A program made the translations under genes and the position numbers. Shown here piece after piece: positions 42,781 to 55,992 of a DNA stretch of 64,000 nucleotides. This DNA comes from Owenia fusiformis (Eukaryota). The notes below the pieces were generated by a model. The model had not been told where the DNA came from. It saw only the letters and a list, made by a program, of their open reading frames with translations, and did not search any database. The stretch is taken from positions 9,548,001-9,612,000 of the forward strand of contig CAIIXF020000001.1 of assembly GCA_903813345.2 (NCBI GenBank). The letters are read 5' to 3'. The first letter of the stretch is position 1, and every line of letters starts with the position of its first letter.

Positions 42781-42798
42781 ACCCAAGCATTGTCTGCA

Positions 42799-43734
42799 CA
42801 ATGTGTCTCAAAAAAATGTTACACTTACAAAAAGTTCAATATCTTTCATAATTTTGACTTTTCCCCTTAAATATACTTTGGATACCATCAGATTCAAAAT
42901 CTGTCCTTGATTGGCTCTACGGGACAGCTTTTAGTGTTCCATGGTAAAATCTGACTTGCGCCAACATCTAAGTGATTGGATGGACCAAATGACAAAAGAG
43001 GAATAGTTTCTTTAACATTTAACTTTCTTTTGAGTAGAAGCTTGACCTTTAACTGAGTCATTCTGTAATTTTCCTATTTGTCTTACATATGATCATTGGG
43101 TCTATCCACTTAAACATGTGGTCTCCTCAACATGTTCTCCAAAGCAAATCTGAGGTACCCTTGCCCATGCGCACATGCAATATCACACTGATCCCATCAA
43201 TTATTTCTGCAGAAGTTCATTTAGGTCAGTTTGTGATGCTGTAATTAAAGCGCTTTCAGAGGCCCTTCAAAAAATCAAGGGTGTAAAGTAGGATGACGTC
43301 TCTGGGGGCCAATCCATGGGGTAATTCAATGCTATCTTTTGATTTCCAAAGAGTTCTACCAAACATTCTGCCATAGACCTTTGCACCATCCTATTGCCAT
43401 CATACGTAACAAAATTGAACACTCTGACAATGAAATCTTGTATTTCTATCCAGGAAAGAAACAACTGGATCATTGATTAATCAAGATATCACTGTCCACA
43501 TCATTTACACAAAAAAAGAATTGTCCAACCACTGAAAAGTTGGCGCAAATCAGATTTCACGTGCGTCTTTAAAATCTGTCCTGTGTAGCCAATCATAGAC
43601 GGATTTTGAATCTGATGATGTGGATTTATTCGAGAAAGACTTGTCTTTTGGTATCTAAGCATATTTTAGGGGAAAAGTCAAAATCATGAAATATATTGAA
43701 CTTTTTGTAAGTGTAACGTTTTTGAGACACACTG
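42799..43734. mobile_element. Tc1/mariner-type MITE with ~170-bp imperfect TIRs
   Basis: CAATGTGTCTCAAAAAAATGTTACACTTACAAAAAGTTCAATAT ... ATATTGAACTTTTTGTAAGTGTAACGTTTTTGAGACACACTG-TA. Confidence 0.85.
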
Positions 43735-44036
43735 TAGTGTGCTACATTACACGGGGACAAACATAGGTAGATACATATAGACCCAAACACTCTTTATCGT
43801 GACAATGTTGCGATCGTGGTACAAGAGGACAACTATCGGTAGGTACATACTGACGTAATGTCAATTATTTTCTAAAATGTTCAGCTGTTCACATTCTAAT
43901 TAGGATACATTAGAGTTAACGTATATGCTAACCTGCACTAAGTACTATACTATATTATATATGTCTTCCAGATAATAGATTATCGTTTTTGCTATTCAGT
44001 CTTCGATTTATAAAATCTACAAAATTTGTGTTTTAG

Positions 44037-44599
44037 AAACTGGGGAACTAGCTTCTTTTTCTCGTCAGTGTGAGGAGCACTCTAGAGGGAACGCCTGCAG
44101 CAGAGATGGCGAATACGAGGCATGCTTCACGGCGTGTACTGAGGACGGTTGCAACACCGGTGATGGACTCCCAGAAGATTTTGACTTCACCACGGATCCC
44201 CCAAAGGCTAAGGGTAAAGGTAAAGGAAGACGACTTAAACCTGGCATGAAAAGAAGATTTCAGCCTAAAGTTCGTCTCAATAAGAAGGGCCATTGCGATA
44301 CAGAACGTTGTCGTTTCTCTGATAGGAACTTGTCTACCAAAAACCCTGGGAACGCAACACTTAACTCAAAGACGCAATTCGTAAAACTCGGAAAATCAGG
44401 GAAGAAAAAGATGACGAATGCAAATACGGATGAGAATGAAACTATGGACAAACCAAGCAAAGACGACACATCCTATATAAGGAGACGAAACAATAATATA
44501 AAAGGGGAAACTTCGAGGAGAAATTCTGCATCTCAAATTAAAATGAGTTTTCCAATAATTGTTACATTTTCTTTGTATATTTTCTTTTCTCGTCTATAA
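44037..44599 (+). CDS. Ly6/three-finger gene B, exon 3 (Cys6-10, basic stalk, GPI-signal-like tail); spliced protein ~259 aa
   Basis: gtgttttag|ETGELASFSRQCEEHSRGNACSRDGEYEACFTACTEDGCNTGDG..., in frame with ORF 44246-44599 and ending NSASQIKMSFPIIVTFSLYIFFSRL*. AATAAA follows at ~44648. Confidence 0.85.
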
Positions 44600-44840
44600 T
44601 TGTTATTATGATCAATTTTAGTGCTGTAATATTTAATCAAAAGTAGTAATAAATTTTAAAACGTCATTTTGTCTCCGTAATTTAGAACTTAAAAAGGTAG
44701 ATCATCAAACAAAAGGCAAAATCTCTCTAATTTTTACTGAACTATGTATGAACCTAAGGATGTACTACATAAAGCAGTAACTTCCCCAATAAGTGTGTGT
44801 TTACGATAAAGTAACGTACAAAAAAAAACTTAAACAAAAG

Positions 44841-46277
44841 CAGTGTTCACAACAGAGTAACTAACACGACCAGTGTTTACAACAGAGTAACTAACACGAC
44901 CAGTGTTTACAACAGAGTAACTAACACGACCAGTGTTTACAACAGAGTAACTAACATGACCAGTGTTTACAACAGAGTAACTAACACGACCAGTGTTTAC
45001 AACAGAGTAACTAACATGACCAGTGTACAGAATAGAGTAACTAACACGACCAGTGTTTACAACAGAGTAACTAACATGACCAGTGTTTACAACAGAGTAA
45101 CTAACATGACCAGTGTTCACAACAGAGTAACTAACACGATCAGTGTTTACAACAGAGTAACTAACACGACCAGTGTACAGAATAGAGTAACTAACACGAC
45201 CAGTGTTTACAACAGAGTGACTAACATGACCAGTGTTTACAACAGAGTAACTAACATGACCAGTGTTCACAACAGAGTAACTAACACGATCAGTGTTTAC
45301 AACAGAGTAACTAACTCGACCAGTGTACACACCAGAGTAACTAACATGACCAGTGTTTACAACAGAGTAACTAACATGACCAGTGTTCACAACAGAGTAA
45401 CTAACACGATCAGTGTTTACAACAGAGTAACTAACACGACCAGTGTACAGAATATGGTAACTAACACGACCAGTGTTTACAACAGAGTGACTAACATGAC
45501 CAGTGTTTACAACAGAGTAACTAACATGACCAGTGTTCACAACAGAGTAACTAACACGATCAGTGTTTACAACAGAGTAACTAACACGACCAGTGTACAG
45601 AATAGAGTAACTAACACGATCAGTGTTTACAACAGAGTAACTAACATGACCAGTGTTTACAACAGAGTAACTAACATGACCAGTGTTCACAACAGAGTAA
45701 CTAACACGATCAGTGTTTACAACAGAGTAACTAACACGACCAGTGTACAGAATAGAGTAACTAACACGACCAGTGTTTACAACAGAGTGACTAACATGAC
45801 CAGTGTTTACAACAGAGTAACTAACATGACCAGTGTTCACAACAGAGTAACTAACACGATCAGTGTTTACAACAGAGTAACTAACACGACCAGTGTTTAC
45901 AACAGAGTAACTAACACGACCAGTGTTTACAACAGAGTAACTAACACGACCAGTGTACAGAATAGAGTAACTAACACGACCAGTGTTTACAACAGAGTAA
46001 CTAACACGACCAGTGTTTACAACAGAGTAACTAACACGACCAGTGTTTACAACAGAGTAATTAACACGACCAGTGTACAGAATAGAGTAACTAACACGAT
46101 CAGTGTTTACAACAGAGTAACTAACATGACCAGTGTACAGAATAGAGTAACTAACACGACCAGTGTTTACAACAGAGTGACTAACATGACCAGTGTTCAC
46201 AACAGAGTAACTAACACGATCAGTGTTTACAACAGAGTAACTAACACGACCAGTGTACACAAAAGAGTAACTAACAC
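44841..46277. repeat. 30-bp satellite, ~48 copies
   Basis: Consensus cagtgtttacaacagagtaactaacacgac, with recurring variants. Confidence 0.97.
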
Positions 46278-46952
46278 GGCACAATATCAACGAACCATGA
46301 GTTTTTATTAGTACTCAGTTCTCTGCAGTCAACTCCTGAATGAGCAGTTCGTTTGGGAGAAACATTGACTTTGTTCCAAAGTCGCCAATTACTAATTGAA
46401 GTTATTTTGCAAAACCCTCTACCACTTGTCCGGAAATACATTACTTCCGACCTGTAGAATAGATATCAGTCACATCTACTACAACCTGGCACTTGTGTCA
46501 AGTTGATTCTAGGTGTGCTCTGTGAAGAAATGAGATTACGACCCGAAATGTTGAAATCGAACATGACATTGTCGGTTGTTACACATCCTTTTACGTCAGA
46601 CACAATTGCATGTTATGAACTTATACTCAATTAAATAACGTTGAAGTTCAAAAATGTTAACGTCAAATGAAAATTTATAATCATTGATTTTAAATTATTT
46701 TGATTATACTTTGAGGATGACTAATTACTACAAACACTCATGTGAACTGATAATAATACTAATTCAAAGTGTGCTAAAGTGTCTCTATTTTGGTACTCGA
46801 GTGGGCCCTACATATGAGATACCCAGTGAAATAATCATATCGGATTATTAAAAGACCATGGTTAGATCCAAATCTGAAAATAAAACGTTGCTTCAATAAC
46901 TGAGACAGTCAATTGCTTTTAAAAAAAGAAAAAAGGATTTACTTCTTCAAAC

Positions 46953-47097
46953 ATGCAGAGTTTCATCGGAGTAGCTGGGGCGGTTAAAGCGCTCGAGGGT
47001 AACAGGGACGATGATACCATAGACAGACTTAACCATCGTTACACCTTTATGGTCATCGCCATTCTAGTAATCGTAGTGACAACTCAACAGTACGTTG
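46953..47097 (+). CDS. Innexin variable first exon V1 (N-terminal helix + TM1)
   Basis: MQSFIGVAGAVKALEGNRDDDTIDRLNHRYTFMVIAILVIVVTTQQYV-G|gtaagt, with the innexin DD..DRLN..YT...QYVG signature. Confidence 0.92.
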
Positions 47098-49418
47098 GTA
47101 AGTTGGATTTTGTGAATGTAATCTATAGAACATTACATAATGACTGATTTGGGCCTGGAGGTCAATTTATAACTTCTTTGAAAATCAAAATATTATTTTC
47201 CTACAAATACACAGTAACATATATATTTCCAATCCGTTAGAGTAAGTCTGTGTATTCAAATGAAGAAAACAATTTTCACAGTATAATTAATCTATGGTTG
47301 ATTTGATTCTTAATTCAAATTTAAGAATACAAAATTTATTCGAATTCAATGCAGACATCGTGATATGGATCTTCAACTTTCGATTCGATTACTTTTTTGA
47401 GGAAAAATAGATGGCAAATAAAGCAAACTAGCTGATACGATATGAACAAAATGTGATCGTATTCGTGTTTCATTTATTTCATTCATTATTTATTCATTGC
47501 GGTCTGCATTTTCTTATAAGGTATCATTTAGGATGTGGATTAAAAATCAGTTAATGGTTCAGAAACAAAACATTTACAGAGAATATTTGAATGACTAAGT
47601 ATGAAAGCATATCTAGATTAAAAAGGTTTTATTATCAAAAAATAGAATTGCATTTTTGGACCACCTTGTACACCTTTCTTGACCGAACTGGCAACTTAAA
47701 TCGTTGCTATTTGTTGATTTGATGAGTATCAAAATGTATATTTTTTATATCAAACGGTATTTATATATTTATATCTGATATACTTTCACCTTTCAGAAAA
47801 TATAAAAATGTTGATGTTCATCTCGTTTAATCTGGTCATTTGCCAGAGATGTCGTGATGTATTCTGCCTTTGGGCTTGTCTTCCTCGATTTGCTCTCGAG
47901 CGTCTTTAATTGCGTGCTTAACCTTTAAGTTGATTTCATTGACATAATACTCAGTCTTAACTTTCACAAAGTATACATACTTTCCAGCCCAATTTTAAAA
48001 GGACAATATGTCAATACCAGCTTGTAAGTTATTGCAAATACAGTAGTTACAAAAAATGTAACAATTAGTTACAGAAACCAAACGCCCGTTACGATGGCTA
48101 CATTATGCTTCCCCTATTGGTAGTGACTTAAAAATACCGTATGGTGATTCATTTTCCTGCGCAGTTCATTGACCTTCCTACGTATTCTTCCTTCGCCCAA
48201 TTATAGTATAGTATAACTGAATTGTATAAAAACAATAATAGTTTGTGTTGAATAATAATTTGGTGTTGACTTTCATACTCTGTAAGATTATGGTTAGAGT
48301 AACACATCGTGTTTTTAAATTGCTTCGTTACACTATTTTGACAAAAAAGCTTCAACACAGGCACAAATCATTATGGATCTTTTTGTCAAAATGCTTTCAA
48401 ACGAATCAATTTAATCCTGCTGAGTAATGCCTCAGTCGCATTTGACCTACAAAAACCGTACGACGGCCGTAGCTTCTCAAAATCAGAAAAGGCTTATCAG
48501 AAAAGATTACAGTACATAAGAGTATAATAAATCTTTTTTTTAAATCTGACAGTTCATGATGACGTTTGTTTCCTTTAGACCAAGCCTAAATAAATAAAAA
48601 ATATGATATCATTTTTCAGGAAGCGTTCTTTATTGAATAGTTAAATGTGAGGTATGCTTATTTTATGGTGCGTGGTTGTACATTTAAAATATTGAAACTG
48701 TATGTAAAATATGTACTAATATATTATTTAAGTTGAATTAATCGAGTTCTGCGTTGAATGTCTTTCAGGCATCTTTCAAAGGAGTTTATAAAACGCTTGG
48801 GTGACCAATATATGTATTCACATGTGTAATTTGAGTAAAAAACAAGTTCCCAAAAAATAAACTCGCCACTGGACAAAATGGTTGAACGATGATGTATTAC
48901 TTTCTTAATGACTAAGGCTAAAATACCAAGTTTTTGTACCACGGGGTATATCGATACAAAGCCAAACATGCCAAAATAAAAATGCAAATGGTGCAATGGA
49001 CATGGGAAGTATACAATTTTCATTCAACACTCAAAAGGAAGTGGGCGAAATAATATCATCTTTTGATAATAAAAATTTGAAGTGTGCAATTTTATGATTT
49101 TTCATTTACGAGAAAAATATGAGACTAAAGAAGTTGAGGTAGTAATATTTGAATAAATTAGGTCAGCAAATGCTTATTTGGATAGATAAGTCCTGAATAT
49201 ACAACCTTTAAATAAGGTAGGAAGAAGTACATGTAAAGTTTAAAACACTTTAGGGTATTTGAGCAAAATAGGATTCATATATCAATACATCCACAATTAA
49301 AAACAAATTGATATCACACAAAAGTATCAAACAATTAAGATCAAAAAGACAGAAAGGAAAGTACCATTCATAAAGGAAACTACTCATTAAGAACTAATCA
49401 AAATACAGTCGTGCCAAC

Positions 49419-49563
49419 ATGGATAAATTCTTTGATGCAGTTTCTGCAGTTGCTAAGATATCTCCGCGTCAAGACGAGGATGGGTGTGATAGGTTGAACC
49501 ACCGTTATACTCTGGCCCTCTTAGCAATATTCGCACTTCTATGTACAACCACACAATATGTCG
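49419..49563 (+). CDS. Innexin variable first exon V2
   Basis: MDKFFDAVSAVAKISPRQDEDGCDRLNHRYTLALLAIFALLCTTTQYV-G|gtacgt. Confidence 0.92.
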
Positions 49564-50536
49564 GTACGTATGTTCATGAACATCTACATTTCTCAATAGT
49601 TACTTTAGTAGCTATTTCATTTTGATTTACAATGTTTCAGTTGTCGGTGCAAATACACGTGTATGGTAACTGATTTGTTCTGATGCATGGCTTTCGTATC
49701 GAGCTAAAAGATGACTGCTCTTGGTTAGGGAAAGGCTTATTCTGGAGTTGTCGTTATCGTTTCATACGATTCAGAATGACTGTTGGCACATTTCTCAATA
49801 TTTCGATTCGCTTTTTTCTCATCTATACTGAATTAGAAACAACCCTTTAATCTAACCTTACCCAATCAAACTGGATGGAACTACATAATCAGGATTGCAG
49901 TCATAGATTCCTTTGTTTCCATATTTAGCTGGCAACTATTTCATATTCAAACTTTAATTTATCTCTAAAGCTTGTGAGACACAGAGGTTTTGGATCCCAC
50001 AATAATGAAATTTCATTACAGTTATTTGTTGGGGTCAGGATAAAATCTGTTATATTGGTTGCCCTAGTCAGAGCGTAGTGATTCATACTCTAGCCTCTAG
50101 ATCTCAGGGTAGACTGATAGTATTCCTTTTAATCCCATTCATTAATTTAGGGGATTTCCACATTCATTATCATACCTTGTTGAGAAACGGCAGTAAAACA
50201 ATATAAAACGCTTATATACATGTATATAGTCATAAACATTGGCCATCAAAGACTGCATACTCAAACATAAAAATGTGAAGGGCCATAACTTTTTTAGTAA
50301 AGGGTCGCGCCTGACGCTGACACCCAAGGATTAGCTGGTCTTTGCAAGTCCCAAGATCATTTTATATTCTTAAGAAAGCGCGTGTAGGAAGACGTGATTA
50401 CTTCTAGTTGAACGCCTTAGGTGGAACCAAATTTGAGTTGAGCCATCATTAAAATTGGACAAACAAACAGAATTAAGCTTTATAGATATTGTTTGAATAT
50501 TTAAAAAGGATATAACTGAGAACTGGCAATTCAATC

Positions 50537-50681
50537 ATGGAAAAGTTTTTTGATGCCGTTGGTGCTGTAGCCAAAATCTCTCCAAGCAAAGATGAGGACG
50601 GTGGGGATAGATTGAACCACAGATACACGATTGCTCTTTTAGCGATATTTACTTTCATTTGTACAACCACACAATATGTTG
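50537..50681 (+). CDS. Innexin variable first exon V3
   Basis: MEKFFDAVGAVAKISPSKDEDGGDRLNHRYTIALLAIFTFICTTTQYV-G|gtacgt. Confidence 0.92.
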
Positions 50682-51339
50682 GTACGTATACTCCCAATCC
50701 TCTCCAATTTCATTTTGTAACATTCTAACAGGAGCATTTTGTTTTTCATCATAACTTCGCTTTTGCATTTACTTGTTTCACTTAAAAATTCACTTAAAAA
50801 CAGCGACAAGGAACTCGTGGTTGTTCGTCTTGAAATCATTTTTTAATTCATTTACAAAAATCAACTATGAAATATAACGAATCAGAGTGCTTGTTTTCAG
50901 TGCAATATAACTAAACCATGGACAACCAAATGTATTTGCTGTATCTTAGCGTAATAATTTTAGTTCACGTTCATTAATCTATAGGGCATTTCCACATTAG
51001 CCTTACCTTGTTAGAAAGGGGTAGTAAAACAATGTAAAACTTGTACATAGCCATGAACATTGGCCATCGAAGATTGCATACTCAAATATAAAAAGGGTGA
51101 AGGGGCCATAAATTATCCAATAGTGCTTAACGTTGTTACTAAATGGTCGCGTTTGACGGTCACACCCAAGGATTAGATGGTCTTTGGAGATCATTTTATT
51201 CTCATCAAAGCTCGCGTGGGAAGACGAGATTACTTCTAGATGAACGTCGCTGGTGTAACCAAATTTAATTTGAGCCATTATAAAAACTGCACATACAAAT
51301 TTAAAAACGTTATTTTAAACGAGAACTGGCAATTCAATC

Positions 51340-51484
51340 ATGGATAAGTTTTTTGATGCCGTTGGTGCTGTAGCCAAAATCTCTCCAAGCAAAGATGAGG
51401 ACGGTTCGGATAGGTTGAATCACAGATACACGATTGCTCTTTTAGCGATATTTACTTTCATTTGTACAACCACACAATATGTTG
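51340..51484 (+). CDS. Innexin variable first exon V4 (not in the ORF track)
   Basis: Translated by hand: MDKFFDAVGAVAKISPSKDEDGSDRLNHRYTIALLAIFTFICTTTQYV-G|gtacgt. Confidence 0.92.
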
Positions 51485-53958
51485 GTACGTATACTAAATT
51501 ACAATCCTCTAAAACATAGTTGTAACATCCTAACAAGAGCATTTGGATCTTCATCATAATGAAACTCATTTTGTATGCATTTAGTTGCTCCACTTAGAAA
51601 TGCATTTAGAAATAGCGACAATGAACTCGTAGTTGTCAATATGCAACTTCTTCAAATTCTTATAACTTCCAATAACTTAATAAGTACGTATATACTGTTT
51701 AGACTGACTTCAAACGTTTACTGTCAACATATATAAAAAATATCATCAGTTCCAACAAATTTCTGCCAATATCTGTTACCCTGGCAAGATATTGAATGTC
51801 GAAAAAGGTAAAAAAGGTATTTTTCAACTTGCTTCAAATTCATCAATTTCCTTTTCAAAATCATCTTCAAGCTTTCAGAAGTTAAAATCTTACTTTAGAT
51901 TTGAAACAATTGTTACACTGTTGGTCACAGGTGGTGACGTTTTATCATATTAATGCCTCGTTTTGTCATAAAGCATCTGTAACACAAGATTCCGAACCTG
52001 ATGGCTGGTATAAAAAATAAACACAATTCAAACATTCCAATATAAAAATATCAAGGGGAAACAAAATTTTCTCCGCTGACAATGCCTCTTTAACGATGGC
52101 CTTGTTAAATGACAACCTTGTCAGCCAGGACTAAATTCTATGTGTTCCAGACCTTGACTTTTGGACGTTAAATTTTAATCGACGTTAGGGTTGTGGGTTT
52201 GCCCTTTTTTACAAATATCTGATAATAAATGATTTATGGATTAAGGTCAATTGTAAATCATCAGGCCTCGAAATTATACATTGTTGTATACTGGCGCCAT
52301 GAAGAATATTTAATAGTGTCAATGTACGATAATATAAGAAACGTGAAATTTAAAGTCATACTTGAAATATAACGCATCGAAAAAGAATCATAATTTTTAC
52401 GTTATCACTGTTTGGCCATTTTAATTGACCGGTGCCATAAACCTGCCATCCACCCCGATGTGAAATTCCCACTCTACTCCTACCATTTGAATTCCGCGCA
52501 AATCAGCATAAGTCAGCACTTCTTCCTCTTACCATCACCATTAGGGTGTCAACCATTGAATGAGAGAGCGAAATTCGTCTTGGATTTTCATGTTAGAAAA
52601 CGGAAAGAAATCAAAGATCGTGTATCACGTGTAATTAAAATTAACCAGATTTATAGCTCCATTATAAGAATATATTTGGATATCAACTAACGGTATGGAT
52701 TAAGAGACCATCGTCACTTTAAATGTACATCTCAGCATTTCGAATCCAATTACATAGGCAAATGACATCAATTAAAATTTAATTCTTGAAATATAACTTA
52801 CTAGTAATCAACATTTAAATGATATGAAACTAAACTCTGATTAATACTATAATAAGTCTGTGCACACACGATTGACTCGGATCCCCACTCAGATATGAAT
52901 ATGATGGCACAATGATCGAAAACGCTCCGATATTTTGATTTCTATGCCATGCCCAATGTAAATTCTACCCGTTACCCATTTAGATTGTATTTTGGAGATC
53001 AGACTGTGCCCCCTTAACAATTAATCTCAAAACGACTTTCGCTTGATCTTTTGAAGTTGAATTTTTATTGCCAACCAATTATGTGTGTTTTTATATTACA
53101 AGGTTCATTGTTTGTCTATCTCCAAACATAATATTTTGCACGTTCATCACGTTGAATGTCGTTCCGCACTGCATCGAGCATCTTGAACTGTCTGAGGTAT
53201 CCTTTCTCCGAAGAAGGACTTCGAGGGCTCGGTGTGGCATCAAGAAATTGAGCTATTTTTCTGAGAGACTATATTTTAATATGATGATTTAAGATGCTTC
53301 TTGGTTTCTGGCTTCAAATGAAATTGCGTAGAGAAAATGTTCATCTTTGATTTTTCAATTTGTAGTTTTGAAAATTAAAATCTTGATAGAAAAGATGAAG
53401 AATGCCCCTTTTCTCTTCATTGGCTATGCATCCGATGATAGATAAAGAGGATATCCACTGGAAGATATCCTCGGGATTCAAAGTATCCGAGTCATTCTTT
53501 TTTTAAGGCATTAGTGTATGATAATGTAGATACGAATCGTATACAGCAATCGTGCATGTTGTTCATGGATTAACTGGTATAGGGTCAATCCTTCATTTAA
53601 CTTCGGATGCCTTGTTTTTTGATTGACCTGTATATATGTCAAGTATAAACAAAGAACATGTGGTTAAAGTAGATGCAAATTTACCTTCTCCGTAAAAATC
53701 AAATTGCACGTTTCTCGAATGTGGTTGAATAGAGTCGCACACACATTAATGGGTAATTTATACCATAAGTAACGCCAGGAAGGCAAAACTGAATCACATT
53801 GAGAAATATTTATGTTTGATGCCAAAACAGGGGCCTCAGTCATTTAAAAAATCTTATCGTCGTATAGCTCGAGAAGTTAGGACACCATAAAGTTAAGACA
53901 TATAAAATTGAAACTCTGGCTCCTATCGTAACTGAGTTGGAGTTGGAAGGAAGACAAG

Positions 53959-54112
53959 ATGGGGGGCATGGATATGTTTATGGCTGCCGTGAGCAGCGCT
54001 GGAAAACTGCAGTCAAAAAGGGATACCGATGGCGTTGATAGAATAAACTCTGTAGGATCTGTAGCTTTACTTGCTGTGTTTGTGCTTCTCACTAGTACAT
54101 CGTCTTACGTAG
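53959..54112 (+). CDS. Innexin variable first exon V5 (homologous ATG at 53968; upstream ATG 53959 adds MGG)
   Basis: MGGMDMFMAAVSSAGKLQSKRDTDGVDRINSVGSVALLAVFVLLTSTSSYV-G|gtaagg. Confidence 0.88.
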
Positions 54113-55992
54113 GTAAGGACGTCTTCATTGGGGAAATCGCCATTGTCATTCTCGACCGTAGAACACAGGGGTGGATCTGAAAACTAACAAGGGGTTCACA
54201 TTTCAAGTCAGAAAAAAATTTGGGCCACTAACATCAAAGATTGGGTCCAAATTTTGAAAACTTAAGGCCCATTTTCTTTATAATGTGACCTAAAATATAA
54301 ATAATAAGGCCTGAGGGGCCCACTGATGCCCTAAAAGGCCCATAATTGGGGCCTTACAATTTTGTGGGGCCCAACATTTTTCTGAGCCCATCCACCCCAG
54401 ATCCGCTAGCGGAACACTGGTGTAAAATACAGCTAGACTCCGGAGACAAATTCACCTTTCTCCATGTCTTACTTTTTATAAGTCCATGTTAAAAACCCCG
54501 AAGCACAGTGGCTATTAGTAATCATAACCCTCTGACTAAAAGACATAGAGTTATAAATATAAAGAAATAATTGCCAGCGTCTTAATCTTGCCTTAAGACT
54601 TTTTACCCCTCCCCTCTGTGTTCTTCAAATTCCAAAGGTACGGGGGTACACTCTTGGGGCAAGACTACCTACAAATAAAGGTAGAAGAGGCAGGCTGAAG
54701 AGACGATGACAGCTATTTTGAATGGGCGTTCTTGCTTGACAAAAACCCGATTTGGGTGAGGCTAGATCAGAGAATTGTTTCTTCTTCCTTGAAAGAGTGA
54801 AGATGACGCTCTCTTTTAGAGACGCAGAATCAGGAGGGTAGAGGTTTTTGGGACAGGCTGTCGTTTTAACACTATATATTGTGAAATATATCTGTTACAA
54901 CATTCTAAGTCTGTATTAAAGAACAAGTAACCTGTCATGTTCTGAAGAATATATTGAGCACCTTTGTTTGAAGAACTAAAAACCTACTTCAAGTTTGAAT
55001 CACAATATGCATGTCTGTATTGTTTTACCCTAAATAAGGCAAATGTATGATTGATATATTGGACCAAACAAAAACGAGTGTTTTTTTCTTCTGACGAATA
55101 TTTCGAAGTTTCATATGTACAAATCTAAAAGTAGTTGTTTTTATAACAAAATGGTTTAAGTTTGCAATATTTCGATTAATTCTATAATTTTTTTCAGGAA
55201 CTAAAATATATACTTAGTTTCAGTTTGTACAAATCAAAGTATAGAAATGGTACAAATTAAAAAATCATTTTCTAAATCTGGTTTGAAATAAGGACACTAG
55301 ATAGATACGTAATAAAATAGATTATGTAAACAACACCTTCAGTTGAAGATAAGTAGTCAGCAAATTCCATTGAAAATTTTAAAATCTGAAAATTAAAGCT
55401 ATATTTCAAAAAGGCAAAATGAACAGATGATGGCTCAAAGTATTTATCTTGCATGATCCACTTTTTACATTCACTGATTAGAGCAGTTATGTGTCCGTTG
55501 ATGTAACATTTTGTAATAACAATAAACCCCAAAGCTAAAGAGGGATAGGCAGTAATTATAAATGGGCGAAATCAGAATTTATTTGTATGTATTTGAAAGC
55601 ATATTCCCGTTTGCCCTTCACCAGCATTCATTTCACTTGACAAACTAATCTTTGAGAAAACACGTACTTTATTCGTTTGGCGTCAGTGAGTTTGTAAAGG
55701 TTTCTATGGATACATTTAGGAATTCTTTACAGATGCGTGGTAGTCAGGTATAATTGCATGTAGTACATTCATTTGCCATTGGGACATGTGAATAAGGTGA
55801 TGTCGATCAGATCCACTTGACTAACCCTTGCTTCAATATTGAGATGACCCGTTTTGAACCTGGACTTCCACTTTTTTAACATCACCAGTACGCTTCGGGA
55901 GTAGGCCTTTCGCCAACCTCGACAACGATTCAAACAGGATAGGAGTGTAACACTATAATCGAGACTTTTAAAAAACATAAGCGTGAATCAAG

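Noticed and set aside
44841-46277. CRISPR-like array
   Set aside because: The units are contiguous with no unique spacers, there are no cas genes, and the context is eukaryotic.
44830-46311. 486-aa (-) and 451-aa (+) ORFs
   Set aside because: They are translations of the 30-bp satellite, open on both strands, with no unique flanking coding sequence or signal peptide.
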